Part shown: positions 7,770 to 15,941 of the stretch, piece by piece | Numbering within the stretch: the stretch's first letter is position 1 | Layout of the letters: every line of letters begins with the position of its first letter | NCBI RefSeq assembly: GCF_008065095.1 | Contig: NZ_CP042911.1 | Coordinates: 930,001-962,000 of the forward strand | Source: Gemmata obscuriglobus | GTDB lineage: Bacteria > Planctomycetota > Planctomycetia > Gemmatales > Gemmataceae | Direction of reading: 5' to 3' | Length of the DNA stretch: 32,000 bases | Notes under the pieces: generated by a model | Database searches by the model: none | What the model was told of the DNA's origin: nothing | What the model saw: only the letters and a program-made list of their open reading frames with translations | Position numbers and translations under genes: made by a program

Positions 7770-7857
7770 CCGCTCGCTCCGCGAGCGGTCACGAAGCCGC
7801 GCGTCGTAACACCCAAAGCCGTCCGACGCTCGGAGCACCGCTCGCTCCGCGAGCGGG
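7770..7857. repeat. Two copies of an 8-bp-stem hairpin core (ccgctcgc tcc gcgagcgg), REP-like; possible bidirectional terminators
   Basis: The same 19-nt palindromic core occurs at 7770-7788 and 7839-7857, between convergent genes ending at 7747 (+) and 7906 (-). Confidence 0.45.
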
Positions 7858-7905
7858 CCACCCTGAAGACCCGGACCGCACAACCGGAATCAACTCCGTT
7901 CGGCG

Positions 7906-8592
7906 TCACTTGGCCGGCGCCACGTCGGCGGTCTGCGCCGCGCTCCACTGCTCCACGTTGCCGATCGGGAACCAGTAGTCCGCCGCGACCACGTGGAAGC
8001 CCCCGGCCGCCGCGAGCTGGCTCACCGCGTCCGTGATCTCGTACTCGCCCCGCGGCGAGAGCGGCAGCGTCAGGTCGAAGACGCGGCGCGGGAACACGTA
8101 GCCGCCGATGTTCGCCAACTGCGGCGGGGTCAGGCCCTCGGGCTTCTCTTCGATGTGGTGCAGCGTGCCGTCCGGGTTGCGGAACAGAATCCCGTAGTCC
8201 TTCGGGGTGCCCACCGGGTGCGCGAGAATGCCCATCGGCACCTGCGCGAGGTGCGCCAGGTCGGCGCGGCCGATGAGGTCGTCCCCGTTGAGGACCATCA
8301 CCCGGTCCGATTGCACCGCCCCCTTGCAGCTCATGAGGGCGTCGCCGGTGCCGCGGGGCTCGGTCTGCCGGACGGTCGCCCAGTTCTTCACGTGCGGCTG
8401 CCGCGCGAGGTACTCCTCGATCTGCTCGCCCAGGTAGTTGACGACCACCACCAGCCGGTCGACGGGCGGCAGCGCGCCGATGATCCAGTCGAGGATGGGG
8501 CGGCCCTGGACGGGCAGCAGGGGCTTGGGAACCGTCTCGGTGTGCGGGCGCAGGCGCGTGCCTTTTCCGGCGGCGAGGATGATGGCGTCCAA
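7906..8592 (-). CDS. Sugar-phosphate nucleotidyltransferase (NTP_transferase family)
   Basis: Track ORF with a TTG start. (M)DAIILAAGKGTRLRPHTETVPKPLLPV is the classic GxGTRL nucleotidyltransferase motif, followed by ...EPRGTGDAL...VLNGDD.... Confidence 0.85.
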   Translation of the reverse strand: MDAIILAAGKGTRLRPHTETVPKPLLPVQGRPILDWIIGALPPVDRLVVVVNYLGEQIEEYLARQPHVKNWATVRQTEPRGTGDALMSCKGAVQSDRVMVLNGDDLIGRADLAHLAQVPMGILAHPVGTPKDYGILFRNPDGTLHHIEEKPEGLTPPQLANIGGYVFPRRVFDLTLPLSPRGEYEITDAVSQLAAAGGFHVVAADYWFPIGNVEQWSAAQTADVAPAK

Positions 8593-8939
8593 GCGGTTCG
8601 GTGCCTCCGAGGTCGAGATGCCGGGCGTCTGGGCGGCGCGTCCGCTTCCCCCGACACAGCTAGTCTAGGCGGGCGGAGGTGAGAAACCGCGCGGTTCGGC
8701 GGAAACGAGTGAACCCGGGCAACGCGGCGCGTCGATACGATTGGCGTCGGGTGCGGTGACGGCGGAGTCCGACGCCCACCCGGCCGCCAGTGGTTCGCGC
8801 ACGGAAGCGGGCTGTTGGTGCGTTCACCCTCCCGTGCTGCCGTCGGGTCTGAGCGCCGGGCGACCGGCGCCCACCCCGACGGCGGCCGTGGGGCGGACAA
8901 CTCTTCGCAAATAAACACGCCTACGGACGGGCCGATCCC

Positions 8940-9134
8940 ATGCGCCGATATCTCGCGCAACTGTCTGTTATTACCGCCCTGGCGGCCGGGCTCGGCTGCC
9001 AGCACGTCGGGGGCAAGTGCGACTGCGGGTACAGCCCGAGCGACTACCCGATCATGGCCCCGACCAACCCGCACGCCTCGGCCCCGGTCGTCGCGCCGGC
9101 CAAGCCCGCCGCGCCGAAGACCGGCAACGAGTGA
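8940..9134 (+). CDS. Small lipoprotein (64 aa)
   Basis: MRRYLAQLSVITALAAGLGCQH has a lipobox. G/C-ending codons dominate after the first few codons. A strong hairpin follows. Confidence 0.5.
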   Translation: MRRYLAQLSVITALAAGLGCQHVGGKCDCGYSPSDYPIMAPTNPHASAPVVAPAKPAAPKTGNE

Positions 9135-9156
9135 GTGCGGACCAGCGCGCTACCAA

Positions 9157-9210
9157 GGTAGACGGGCTCACCGCCGAGAGGTTCCTCTCTCGGCGGTGAG
9201 CCCGTCTACC
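9157..9210. terminator. Bidirectional hairpin terminator (24-bp perfect stem, 6-nt loop)
   Basis: ggtagacgggctcaccgccgagag (9157-9180) pairs exactly with ctctcggcggtgagcccgtctacc (9187-9210). It sits between convergent gene ends at 9134 (+) and 9213 (-). Confidence 0.7.
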
Positions 9211-9212
9211 CT

Positions 9213-11381
9213 TTACCGCCGTTTCGTGCGGCGGGTCGGCTTGGGTGTGGCGGGGGCGGTTGGTGGGGACGCGGGCGGCACGTTCGCCTGCTCCAGGAAC
9301 CGCAACTGGCTCCGCGCCGCGGGCTGCCCCTCCGGCGGCGCGACCCGCCGGTAGCGCCCGTCGGGCAGCAGCTCGCGGGCCTTCGTCGTGTCGGCCAGCG
9401 TCGTGCGCAGGATGTCGATGACCCGCTGCTTCAGGTCCGCCTGCTCGATCGGGAACACCACCTCCACCCGGCGGCTCAGGTTGCGGTCCATCCAGTCCGC
9501 GCTGCCCACGAACACTTCCTGTTCGCCGCCGTTCTCGAAGTAGAAGATGCGGCTGTGCTCCAGGAACCGGTCCACCACGGAGATCACCCGCACGTTCTCG
9601 CTCACCCCCGGGAGCCCCGGGCGCAGCGAGCAGATCCCGCGGCACGCGATCTCGATCCGCACGCCCGCCTGGCTCGCCCGGTACAGCGCCTTCACCACCG
9701 CCGGCTCCAGGATGCCGTTCACCTTCACCATCAGCCCCGCCGGCTTCCCGGCCTTCTGGTTCGCGGCCTCGCGGTCGATCTTCTCGATCATCTGCGTTTG
9801 CAGCCGCAGCGGCGCCACCAGCAGCTTCCGCATGGGCGGCAGCGTGGTGCTGGCCGTGAGGTGGTTGAACAGCAGGGTCGCGTCCTCGGCGATCTCCGGG
9901 TTGCAGGTGAACAGCCCCAGGTCCGTGTACACCCGGGCGGTCTGCGGGTTATAGTTCCCGCTGCCCAGGTGGACGTACCGGCGGATCGAGTGGTCCTCGT
10001 CGCGGCGCACCACCAGCGACACCTTGCAGTGCGTTTTGAGGCCCACGAACCCGAACACCACGTGGACCCCGGACTTCTCCAGCTCCCGCGCCCACAGGAT
10101 GTTGCGCTCCTCGTCCATGCGGGCCTTCAGTTCGACCACCGCGGTCACCTGCTTGCCGCGGTCGGCGGCCCGCTGGAGCGCGCGCACGATGGGCGAGTCG
10201 CTGCTGGTGCGGTACAGCGTCTGCTTGATGGCCAGCACCCGGTCGTCGGCCGCGGCGGCCTCAATGAACTCCACCACCGGGGCGAACGACTCGAACGGGT
10301 GGAACACGAGCACGTCGCGGCCGCGGATCACCGACCACGGGTTGGTGGCCTGGGCGAACGCGGGCACCGCGGCCGGGGTGAACGGCGGGTCGCGCAGGTC
10401 GGCGAACCCGGGCACCCCGTGGATCTGGAACAGCCCGGTGAGGTCCAGCGGGCCGGGCGTCGGGCACACGTCGTCGGGGTTCAGGTTCAGCCCGTCGGTG
10501 AGGAACGTGAGCATGTCGGGCGGCGCGCCGGCGTCGATCTCCAGCCGCACCGGGTGCCCGCGGCGCCGCGCCCGCACGTGCGCCTCGATCTCCTCGAGCA
10601 GGTCGTCCACCTCGTCGTCCAGCTCGTACTCGCTGTCGCGGGTCACGCGGAAGGCGACCGCGAGGACGCTCTCCAGCCCGGGGAACAGTTCCGCCAGGTG
10701 CAACCGGATCGCGTCTTCCAGGGGAAGGAAGGCGTGCTGCACGGGCGGCGCCGGGTCGCCGCCGGTCGCCGCCGCCTTTCCGTTGCCGGCCCCGGGCAGG
10801 GCCACGAACCGCGGGAGCACGCTGGGCACCTGGACCACGGCGTACACCGGGTCCGCGTCTTTGGGCCGGTGCAGCCGCACGGCGAGGTTGAGCGATTTGT
10901 TGTGCAGGTGCGGGAACGGGTGCGCCGGGTCGGTGGAGAGCGGCGTGAGGACCGGGAAGATCTCGCGGGTGAACAGGTCGCGGATGTGCGCCCGGTCGGT
11001 GTCGGAGAGCTGGTCCGGGGCGCGCACCACGATCCCGCGGGCGGCGAGCGCGGGCAGCACCTCCTGGTGCAGCACCCGGTACTGCTCGGCGACCAGCTCG
11101 CGGGTGGTGGCGCGGACCTGCTCCAGTTGCGCGCGCGGGGGCATCTGGTCGGCCCCGGACCCGACCGGCAGGTTCGCCTGCACCTTCTGCTGGATGCCGC
11201 CCACCCGGACCATGTAGAACTCGTCCAGGTTGGAGCTGAAGATGGCCAGGAACTTGAGCCGCTCCAGCATGGGCACGGTCGGGTCCTGGGCCTCCTCGAG
11301 CACCCGGCGGTTGAACTCGAGCCAGCTCAGGTCGCGGTTGGTGTAAAGGGTCGGGTCGTCGAGGTTGACGGGGGCTTGCAC
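9213..11381 (-). CDS. ppk: Polyphosphate kinase 1
   Basis: 722-aa ORF with a GTG start and ggag 9 nt upstream. The N-terminus YTNRDLSWLEFNRRVLEEAQD...LERLKFLAIFSSNLDEFYMVRV is characteristic of PPK1, and the length is typical. Confidence 0.95.
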   Translation of the reverse strand: MQAPVNLDDPTLYTNRDLSWLEFNRRVLEEAQDPTVPMLERLKFLAIFSSNLDEFYMVRVGGIQQKVQANLPVGSGADQMPPRAQLEQVRATTRELVAEQYRVLHQEVLPALAARGIVVRAPDQLSDTDRAHIRDLFTREIFPVLTPLSTDPAHPFPHLHNKSLNLAVRLHRPKDADPVYAVVQVPSVLPRFVALPGAGNGKAAATGGDPAPPVQHAFLPLEDAIRLHLAELFPGLESVLAVAFRVTRDSEYELDDEVDDLLEEIEAHVRARRRGHPVRLEIDAGAPPDMLTFLTDGLNLNPDDVCPTPGPLDLTGLFQIHGVPGFADLRDPPFTPAAVPAFAQATNPWSVIRGRDVLVFHPFESFAPVVEFIEAAAADDRVLAIKQTLYRTSSDSPIVRALQRAADRGKQVTAVVELKARMDEERNILWARELEKSGVHVVFGFVGLKTHCKVSLVVRRDEDHSIRRYVHLGSGNYNPQTARVYTDLGLFTCNPEIAEDATLLFNHLTASTTLPPMRKLLVAPLRLQTQMIEKIDREAANQKAGKPAGLMVKVNGILEPAVVKALYRASQAGVRIEIACRGICSLRPGLPGVSENVRVISVVDRFLEHSRIFYFENGGEQEVFVGSADWMDRNLSRRVEVVFPIEQADLKQRVIDILRTTLADTTKARELLPDGRYRRVAPPEGQPAARSQLRFLEQANVPPASPPTAPATPKPTRRTKRR

Positions 11382-11582
11382 GACACCAGCTCCATTCGAC
11401 GGGGCAGACTAAAGAGGTCAGTACGGCGGTCCGGCCCGCGCGGGTCCGGCCGGCAAATCTGCGCGCACGACGCCCGACTCGCTTGCGCGGGCAGTTCGAC
11501 GCACGCGCGTCCGCCGATCGGGTTTATTCCCGGTCCCAGCCGTTCCCTGGCGCACGGTGAGGCGTGCCGAACTCGGGAATGT

Positions 11583-11625
11583 AAAAACCCCACCGTATCT
11601 CGACTTGCGCCGCGGTACGGTGGGG
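11583..11625 (-). terminator. Rho-independent-type terminator on the minus strand
   Basis: Stem ccccaccgta (11588-11597) pairs with tacggtgggg (11616-11625). On the minus strand it is followed by TTTTT (11583-11587). The 18-nt loop is large. Confidence 0.5.
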
Positions 11626-11768
11626 CCGGAACAGAGAAGAGGCAGAACTCTTGCAACATATTGTCCGGGCGTCCGGCATCTGTCAACACCAACCGCGCGA
11701 AAAACGTCGCGGCACCGTTAGACGCCCGGCGGCGCCAAGCCCGAAATCCTGACGACACAACCGTTTAC

Positions 11769-12149
11769 TCAATGGCCGTGGCCGCCGCTCATCTCCGGCC
11801 GCCTCACCGGACAACCAGACAATGGTTCGTTACTGGGCGCCCGCAGGGTAGCCGCGTGCGGGTGCTGCTCGACGTTGCCCGCTTCGTTTTCGCCGTGGGC
11901 CGACACCTTGAACGCCCTGTACCAGTTCGACTTCCCACTCGGCGAAGTTATGCGCCCCACCCGTGCCGCGCGGCCGTTCACGACCACCCGGGTCACGACC
12001 ACGGTGTCGGTCGTCGTGACCCGCACCCGCACGACGGCGGTCACGATGAAGAACGTGGCCGGGCTCCATAACCGCGTGTACGGATAACGCCCGACATTCC
12101 CAGTGCCGAGCGACAATATCTCTCGACAAGTGGATATTGCGCGACGCAT
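11769..12149 (-). CDS. Hypothetical small protein, start uncertain (maximal ORF given; GTG at 12044 is also possible)
   Basis: Strong G/C third-position periodicity from about 12070 down to 11769. The predicted protein is beta-strand-rich, ...FFIVTAVVRVRVTTTDTVVVTRVVVNGRAARVG...EMSGGHGH. An AT-rich putative promoter lies upstream and a minus-strand terminator downstream. Caveat: the + strand ORF 11875..12087 shares the same third positions, so periodicity alone cannot assign the strand. Confidence 0.35.
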   Translation of the reverse strand: MRRAISTCREILSLGTGNVGRYPYTRLWSPATFFIVTAVVRVRVTTTDTVVVTRVVVNGRAARVGRITSPSGKSNWYRAFKVSAHGENEAGNVEQHPHAATLRAPSNEPLSGCPVRRPEMSGGHGH

Positions 12150-12321
12150 CTATTATCTTTGTGGAATCGCGGCTAACAAGCCGAACCGCGCGCGCATTCG
12201 TTGTCCCAGTAGGGTCACATGTTGCTCAGCGCGTTCGGCGGGTGACGCCGAGCCGCCCGTCGCATTCGCCCCTGTTTCGCGGTAGGATGCCGGTTCCGCC
12301 ACCGAGCCCCAGAGACGCGCC

Positions 12322-13341
12322 GTGTCTAAAGCCAAGAAGCCGATGCTGGCGAAGCTGTCGGACCTGCAACCGGGCCATTACGTCGACTGCTTCGTGCAAC
12401 TCGCCGAGAAGAGCCGCGGCACCACCCAGCAGGGCAAGCCGTACATCGCGTGCAAGTACCGCGACGCGCGGCGCACCGTCGGGTCGGTGCCGATCTGGGA
12501 GGACTCGCCCCTGTTCGCCGACGCGCTGGACTGGCAGGCCGGGCAGTTCTTCAAGGTGCGGGCCACCTACACCGAGCACGAGAAGTACGGCCCGCAGCTC
12601 GACATCGAGCGGATGCGTCCGGTCAACGAGGCCGACCGGGCCGACGGGTTCAGCGAACTGGACTTCGTGGAGCGGTCGCGGTTCGACTCCGAGGAGATGT
12701 TCGCCGACCTGACGGCGCTGGTGCGGACCGAGATCACAGACGCCCCGCTGCGGGCGCTGGTGCTCGCGCTGTTGGACGCCAACGCCGCGGGGCTGAAGGC
12801 GGTCCCGGCCTCGACGCGGCACTTCTACCCGTTCGCCGGCGGGTGGCTCGAGCACACGCTCGCGGTGGCCCGCTCGTGCGCGTGGCTCGCCGGCCAGTAC
12901 GCCGCCCGGTTCCCCGAACTGAACCCGCCGCTGAACCGCGGGCTGGTGGTGGCGGCGGCGGCGCTCCACGACATCGGCCGGGTGCGCGGGGTGGACATGC
13001 CCCCCGGGCAACCGGGGCGCCCTAGCGTGCCGGGCGAACTGTTCGGTCACGTGTTCCTCGGCTACGAGATGATCCGCACGGCGGCCGCGGGCGTGCCCGA
13101 CCTCGCCCCGGAACTGCTCGACCTGCTGCTGCACTGCGTGGTCGCGCACCCGCGGGCGCCGGAGTGGGGCACGTCGCGCCCGCCGTGCATCCCCGAGGTG
13201 CTGATCCTGCACCACGCCGACGAACTGGACGGGCGGTTCGAGATGTACGCCCGGTGCCTGACACGCGACACCGCCGACGGCCCGTTCACGAACCGCGACC
13301 CAGTGCTCGGCCGCCTGCTGCTGAAGGCCCGCAAGGTGTGA
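12322..13341 (+). CDS. YhaM-like 3-prime-5-prime exoribonuclease-type protein (OB-fold + HD domain)
   Basis: 339 aa, GTG start. The N-terminal OB-like region is FVQLAEKSRGTTQQGKPYIACKYRDARRTV. The HD-domain signatures are WLEHTLAVA ... AAALHDIGR ... LILHHADELD. Confidence 0.8.
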   Translation: MSKAKKPMLAKLSDLQPGHYVDCFVQLAEKSRGTTQQGKPYIACKYRDARRTVGSVPIWEDSPLFADALDWQAGQFFKVRATYTEHEKYGPQLDIERMRPVNEADRADGFSELDFVERSRFDSEEMFADLTALVRTEITDAPLRALVLALLDANAAGLKAVPASTRHFYPFAGGWLEHTLAVARSCAWLAGQYAARFPELNPPLNRGLVVAAAALHDIGRVRGVDMPPGQPGRPSVPGELFGHVFLGYEMIRTAAAGVPDLAPELLDLLLHCVVAHPRAPEWGTSRPPCIPEVLILHHADELDGRFEMYARCLTRDTADGPFTNRDPVLGRLLLKARKV

Positions 13342-13368
13342 CGTGAAACCGTGTCCGAGGAACGCGAG

Positions 13369-14016
13369 ATGACGGAGGCGGAGTGGCTCGCCGCAACCGA
13401 CCCGACGCCGATGCTGGAGTTCCTTCGGGGCACAGCCAGCGCCCGGCAGTTGCGGCTGTTCGGCTGTGCGGCGGTCCGCGCCGTTTGGTCTCAGTTGGCT
13501 GAAGAGCTTCCGAATGCAGTGGCGGTTGCCGAGGAATATGCCGATGGGACGGTTTCAAAAGCCGCCTTGCGAAGGGCGAGGCACATCCTGCGGGACAAAA
13601 GAGACGAACTGGAGGCGGCGGGCCTGAATGAAAGCCCGCGTTGGAACATTTACTGGCTCGCTGAGACGGTTGCCACGATCAACGCTTATGATTCTGTCGT
13701 TGCCGAACTGGATCGACTCGGCTCAGACTCGCCGCAACTGGTGGCGCCCGACTGGCCGGTGCTTAGCGATCGCTTCCGCGACGTCTTCGGCAATCCCTTT
13801 CGCTCTATCGCGGTAGCCCGGGAATGGCTCACCTCGGACGTTCGCGCCCTGGCCGAAGGCATTTACGCCGAGAGAGCCTTTGACGGCCTCCCGATTCTTG
13901 CAGATGCACTTCAAGAAGCCGGCTGCGACAGTGAGGACCTTTTGAACCACCTGCGCGGCGAAGGGCCGCACGTACGGGGCTGCTGGGCGCTGGATCTGGT
14001 GTTGGGTAAATCGTAG
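13369..14016 (+). CDS. Long-form paralog 1: C-terminal PILADALQEAGC module, ends DLVLGKS (215 aa)
   Basis: ATG at 13369; the track starts at the GTG at 13351. MTEAEWLAATDPTPMLEFLRG...FGNPFRSIAVAREWLTSDVRALAEGIYAERAFDGLPILADALQEAGCDSEDLLNHLRGEGPHVRGCWALDLVLGKS. It visibly uses more A/T-ending codons than its neighbours. Confidence 0.8.
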   Translation: MTEAEWLAATDPTPMLEFLRGTASARQLRLFGCAAVRAVWSQLAEELPNAVAVAEEYADGTVSKAALRRARHILRDKRDELEAAGLNESPRWNIYWLAETVATINAYDSVVAELDRLGSDSPQLVAPDWPVLSDRFRDVFGNPFRSIAVAREWLTSDVRALAEGIYAERAFDGLPILADALQEAGCDSEDLLNHLRGEGPHVRGCWALDLVLGKS

Positions 14017-14034
14017 CCGACATCAGTCGGCTTT
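14015..14034 (+). terminator. Short hairpin + TTT overlapping the stop codon
   Basis: agccgac atca gtcggct, followed by tt. Located between convergent genes. Confidence 0.4.
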
Positions 14035-14156
14035 AGCTGCGAGGCCCGGTTGGGATAGTCGCACGCGGTGCCCGATCGCCGCCGCGAAAAGCGGGCGGCG
14101 CCCACTCGGCGCAAGCACACCCTTTGAAACGCGTGCGACCTGCGCATCTTTGGTCT

Positions 14157-15008
14157 TCACTTCAGAGGCGGCGTAGAGCCTTCGGGTGTGACCAGTGCCG
14201 GTGCGGCGCCGGCTTCCCCTTTGCTCTCAGGGAGGAGAGCCGGTTGCTCGGGCGGCGGAACGGCCGTTACGGCCGCGGCGGCCACATCCGCCGTTTTCCG
14301 CCCGGCGCGCCAGGCCTTGAAGCCTTTCCACATCATCGGAAGCACCGACAACGCGATGACCACGACCACGACCTTGTCGATCTGCTTCGCCCAGGTGAAA
14401 TCGGGCTTGCCGAGGAGCTGCTGAACCGGCGGGTCGGCCAACGGGATCAGGTAGTAGCCGAACAGGATCATGCTGAAGATCCAGCCGATTCCGCCGAACA
14501 CGTTGTACGACAGGAACGTGCGGAACTCCATCCGTGTGGCCCCCGCCACCACCGGCACGAACGTGCGGACGATCGGGATGAACCGGGCGATCACGATCGT
14601 CTTCCCGCCGTGCTTCTCGTAGAACGCGCGCGCGCGCTGAAGGTACTCCTGCTTGAAGAACCGGCTCGACGGGCGGTTGAAGATCGCCGGCCCGGTCTTC
14701 CACCCGATCCAGTAGCCGACCGTATCGCCGACGACGGCCGCAACGCTGAGCGCGATCAGCAGCGGCCACAGGTCCCACCCGCCGATCTGTGCGACGATGC
14801 CGACGACCACGAGCAGCGAGTCGCCGGGGAGCAAGAAGCCGATGAGCAGGCCGGTTTCAGTGAAAACAATCAGCGCGACCGCGACCAGCGCCGCCCAGTA
14901 CACGCCCGCCGGTTCCAGCGCCGCCCGGAACTTCTCCGGGTGGCTCAGGTTCCGCGGGTCCACCAGCGTTTTGGTGATCTCCCAGACCTGCGAGAAGAAC
15001 TCTTCCAT
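14157..15008 (-). CDS. DedA-family (SNARE-associated) inner-membrane protein
   Basis: 283 aa. TETGLLIGFLLPGDSLL...GDTVGYWIGWKTG...YEKHGGKTIVIARFIPIVRTFVPVVAG are DedA hallmark motifs. Confidence 0.9.
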   Translation of the reverse strand: MEEFFSQVWEITKTLVDPRNLSHPEKFRAALEPAGVYWAALVAVALIVFTETGLLIGFLLPGDSLLVVVGIVAQIGGWDLWPLLIALSVAAVVGDTVGYWIGWKTGPAIFNRPSSRFFKQEYLQRARAFYEKHGGKTIVIARFIPIVRTFVPVVAGATRMEFRTFLSYNVFGGIGWIFSMILFGYYLIPLADPPVQQLLGKPDFTWAKQIDKVVVVVIALSVLPMMWKGFKAWRAGRKTADVAAAAVTAVPPPEQPALLPESKGEAGAAPALVTPEGSTPPLK

Positions 15009-15059
15009 GTCGCGTGATGTCCTGTGAGGTGCGAACGGCAGCGGTCGGGGGCAAACGAC

Positions 15060-15102
15060 GGGGCGTGCGCGGGAGGCACCGTTTGTCTCCCGCGCACGCC
15101 CC
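15060..15102 (-). terminator. 16-bp perfect-stem hairpin
   Basis: ggggcgtgcgcgggag (15060-15075) pairs with ctcccgcgcacgcccc (15087-15102). It lies downstream of the minus-strand TIGR03067 gene and remnant, and upstream of dedA. Confidence 0.55.
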
Positions 15103-15113
15103 CGCTTCGGACT

Positions 15114-15188
15114 TCACTTCGCCTTCTTGCGGAGCAGCTTGAGAACCACTTCGTCCCGGCCTTCGCCCTGATACGTGAACCCACCTGC
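15114..15188 (-). pseudogene. Possible C-terminal remnant of a second TIGR03067-type gene
   Basis: The 24-codon open frame RAAGGFTYQGEGRDEVVLKLLRKKAK-stop resembles the C-terminus of the neighbouring gene (ADEDVIVLKLKKAEK-stop). An in-frame stop lies immediately upstream. Confidence 0.3.
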
Positions 15189-15344
15189 GGCTCGTCAAGA
15201 AAGCGGCAGTATTACCGGGCAGGTGTATTAGAAGTCCTCCGGGCGTTCCTGCCCCCGCCACGCTGGGCGAGGGTCAGAAACGCGACGGCGGTCGGCGGGC
15301 GCACGGCTCGGCCTCCGGTGAAGTGAGGCGCCGGGCGCGGGCGG

Positions 15345-15788
15345 TCACTTCTCGGCCTTCTTGAGCTTCAGCACGATCACGTCTTCGTCGGCTTTGAAGC
15401 TGTCGTCGGTGGGGAACAGCTTGGGCCGGTCGCCCTTCTCGGTGAACACCAGCGTGAGTTCGCCCTTCTCCAGCTTGTAGATGCCGGGGAACGTCTTGCC
15501 CTTCTCCGGGCCGTCGTTCGGGACCAGGTCGATGGTCGCGAGCTTGTCGGCCGCGCCCAGCTTGACCTTCGCCACCTTCTTGTCGTCCGGCCCGAACGCC
15601 ATGACCAGTTCGTCGCCCTTGATGGTCACCGTGGCCGTGTCGGTCAGCTCCTTCGGCGCCGCCTTCCCGCCCTTCTCGGCGGCCGTGACCTTGTACGTAC
15701 CTTCGAGCTCTTTCAGCCCCTTCTCGTCCGCCGCGGCGGTCGTCAGCGCCAGGACCAGCACCGCGAAGGCGAGCACAAGGTGTTTCAT
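15345..15788 (-). CDS. TIGR03067-type (planctomycete-specific) domain protein, secreted (147 aa)
   Basis: ATG at 15788 within track ORF 15345..17612, whose upstream 600 codons are junk. The signal peptide is MKHLVLAFAVLVLALTTAAAD. Then LKELEGTYKVTAAEKGGKAAPKE...TIDLVPNDGPEKGKTFPGIYKLEKGELTLVF...RPKLF matches my recollection of the TIGR03067 pattern. Confidence 0.8.
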   Translation of the reverse strand: MKHLVLAFAVLVLALTTAAADEKGLKELEGTYKVTAAEKGGKAAPKELTDTATVTIKGDELVMAFGPDDKKVAKVKLGAADKLATIDLVPNDGPEKGKTFPGIYKLEKGELTLVFTEKGDRPKLFPTDDSFKADEDVIVLKLKKAEK

Positions 15789-15941
15789 GAGCGTCGATCC
15801 CCGTCGTGAGGGTGCAGAAACCATAGCCAACAGTCTACGCCACAGCGCGCGGCGCGGAAATGGGAAACGGGCGCACCTTGACCGCGCCCGCCGGGTGCCG
15901 TTACAACGGAACGGTTCCTTTCGCCCGGGCGGACCGGCGCC

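Noticed and set aside
11385-11420. tmRNA-like 5-prime motif (attcgacgggg) just upstream of ppk1
   Set aside because: There is no 5-prime GGGG acceptor stem, no tag-peptide reading frame, and no T-arm/CCA-type 3-prime end nearby. The segment overlaps the ppk1 ribosome-binding region.
9555-12071. 838-aa + strand ORF
   Set aside because: It is antisense to ppk1, which is unambiguous. The translation is dominated by R, G, H, P, V and Q runs with no motifs.
12226-13215. 329-aa minus-strand ORF
   Set aside because: It is antisense to the YhaM-like OB+HD gene, which carries clear HD motifs. The translation is Arg/Pro/Gly/His/Val-rich.
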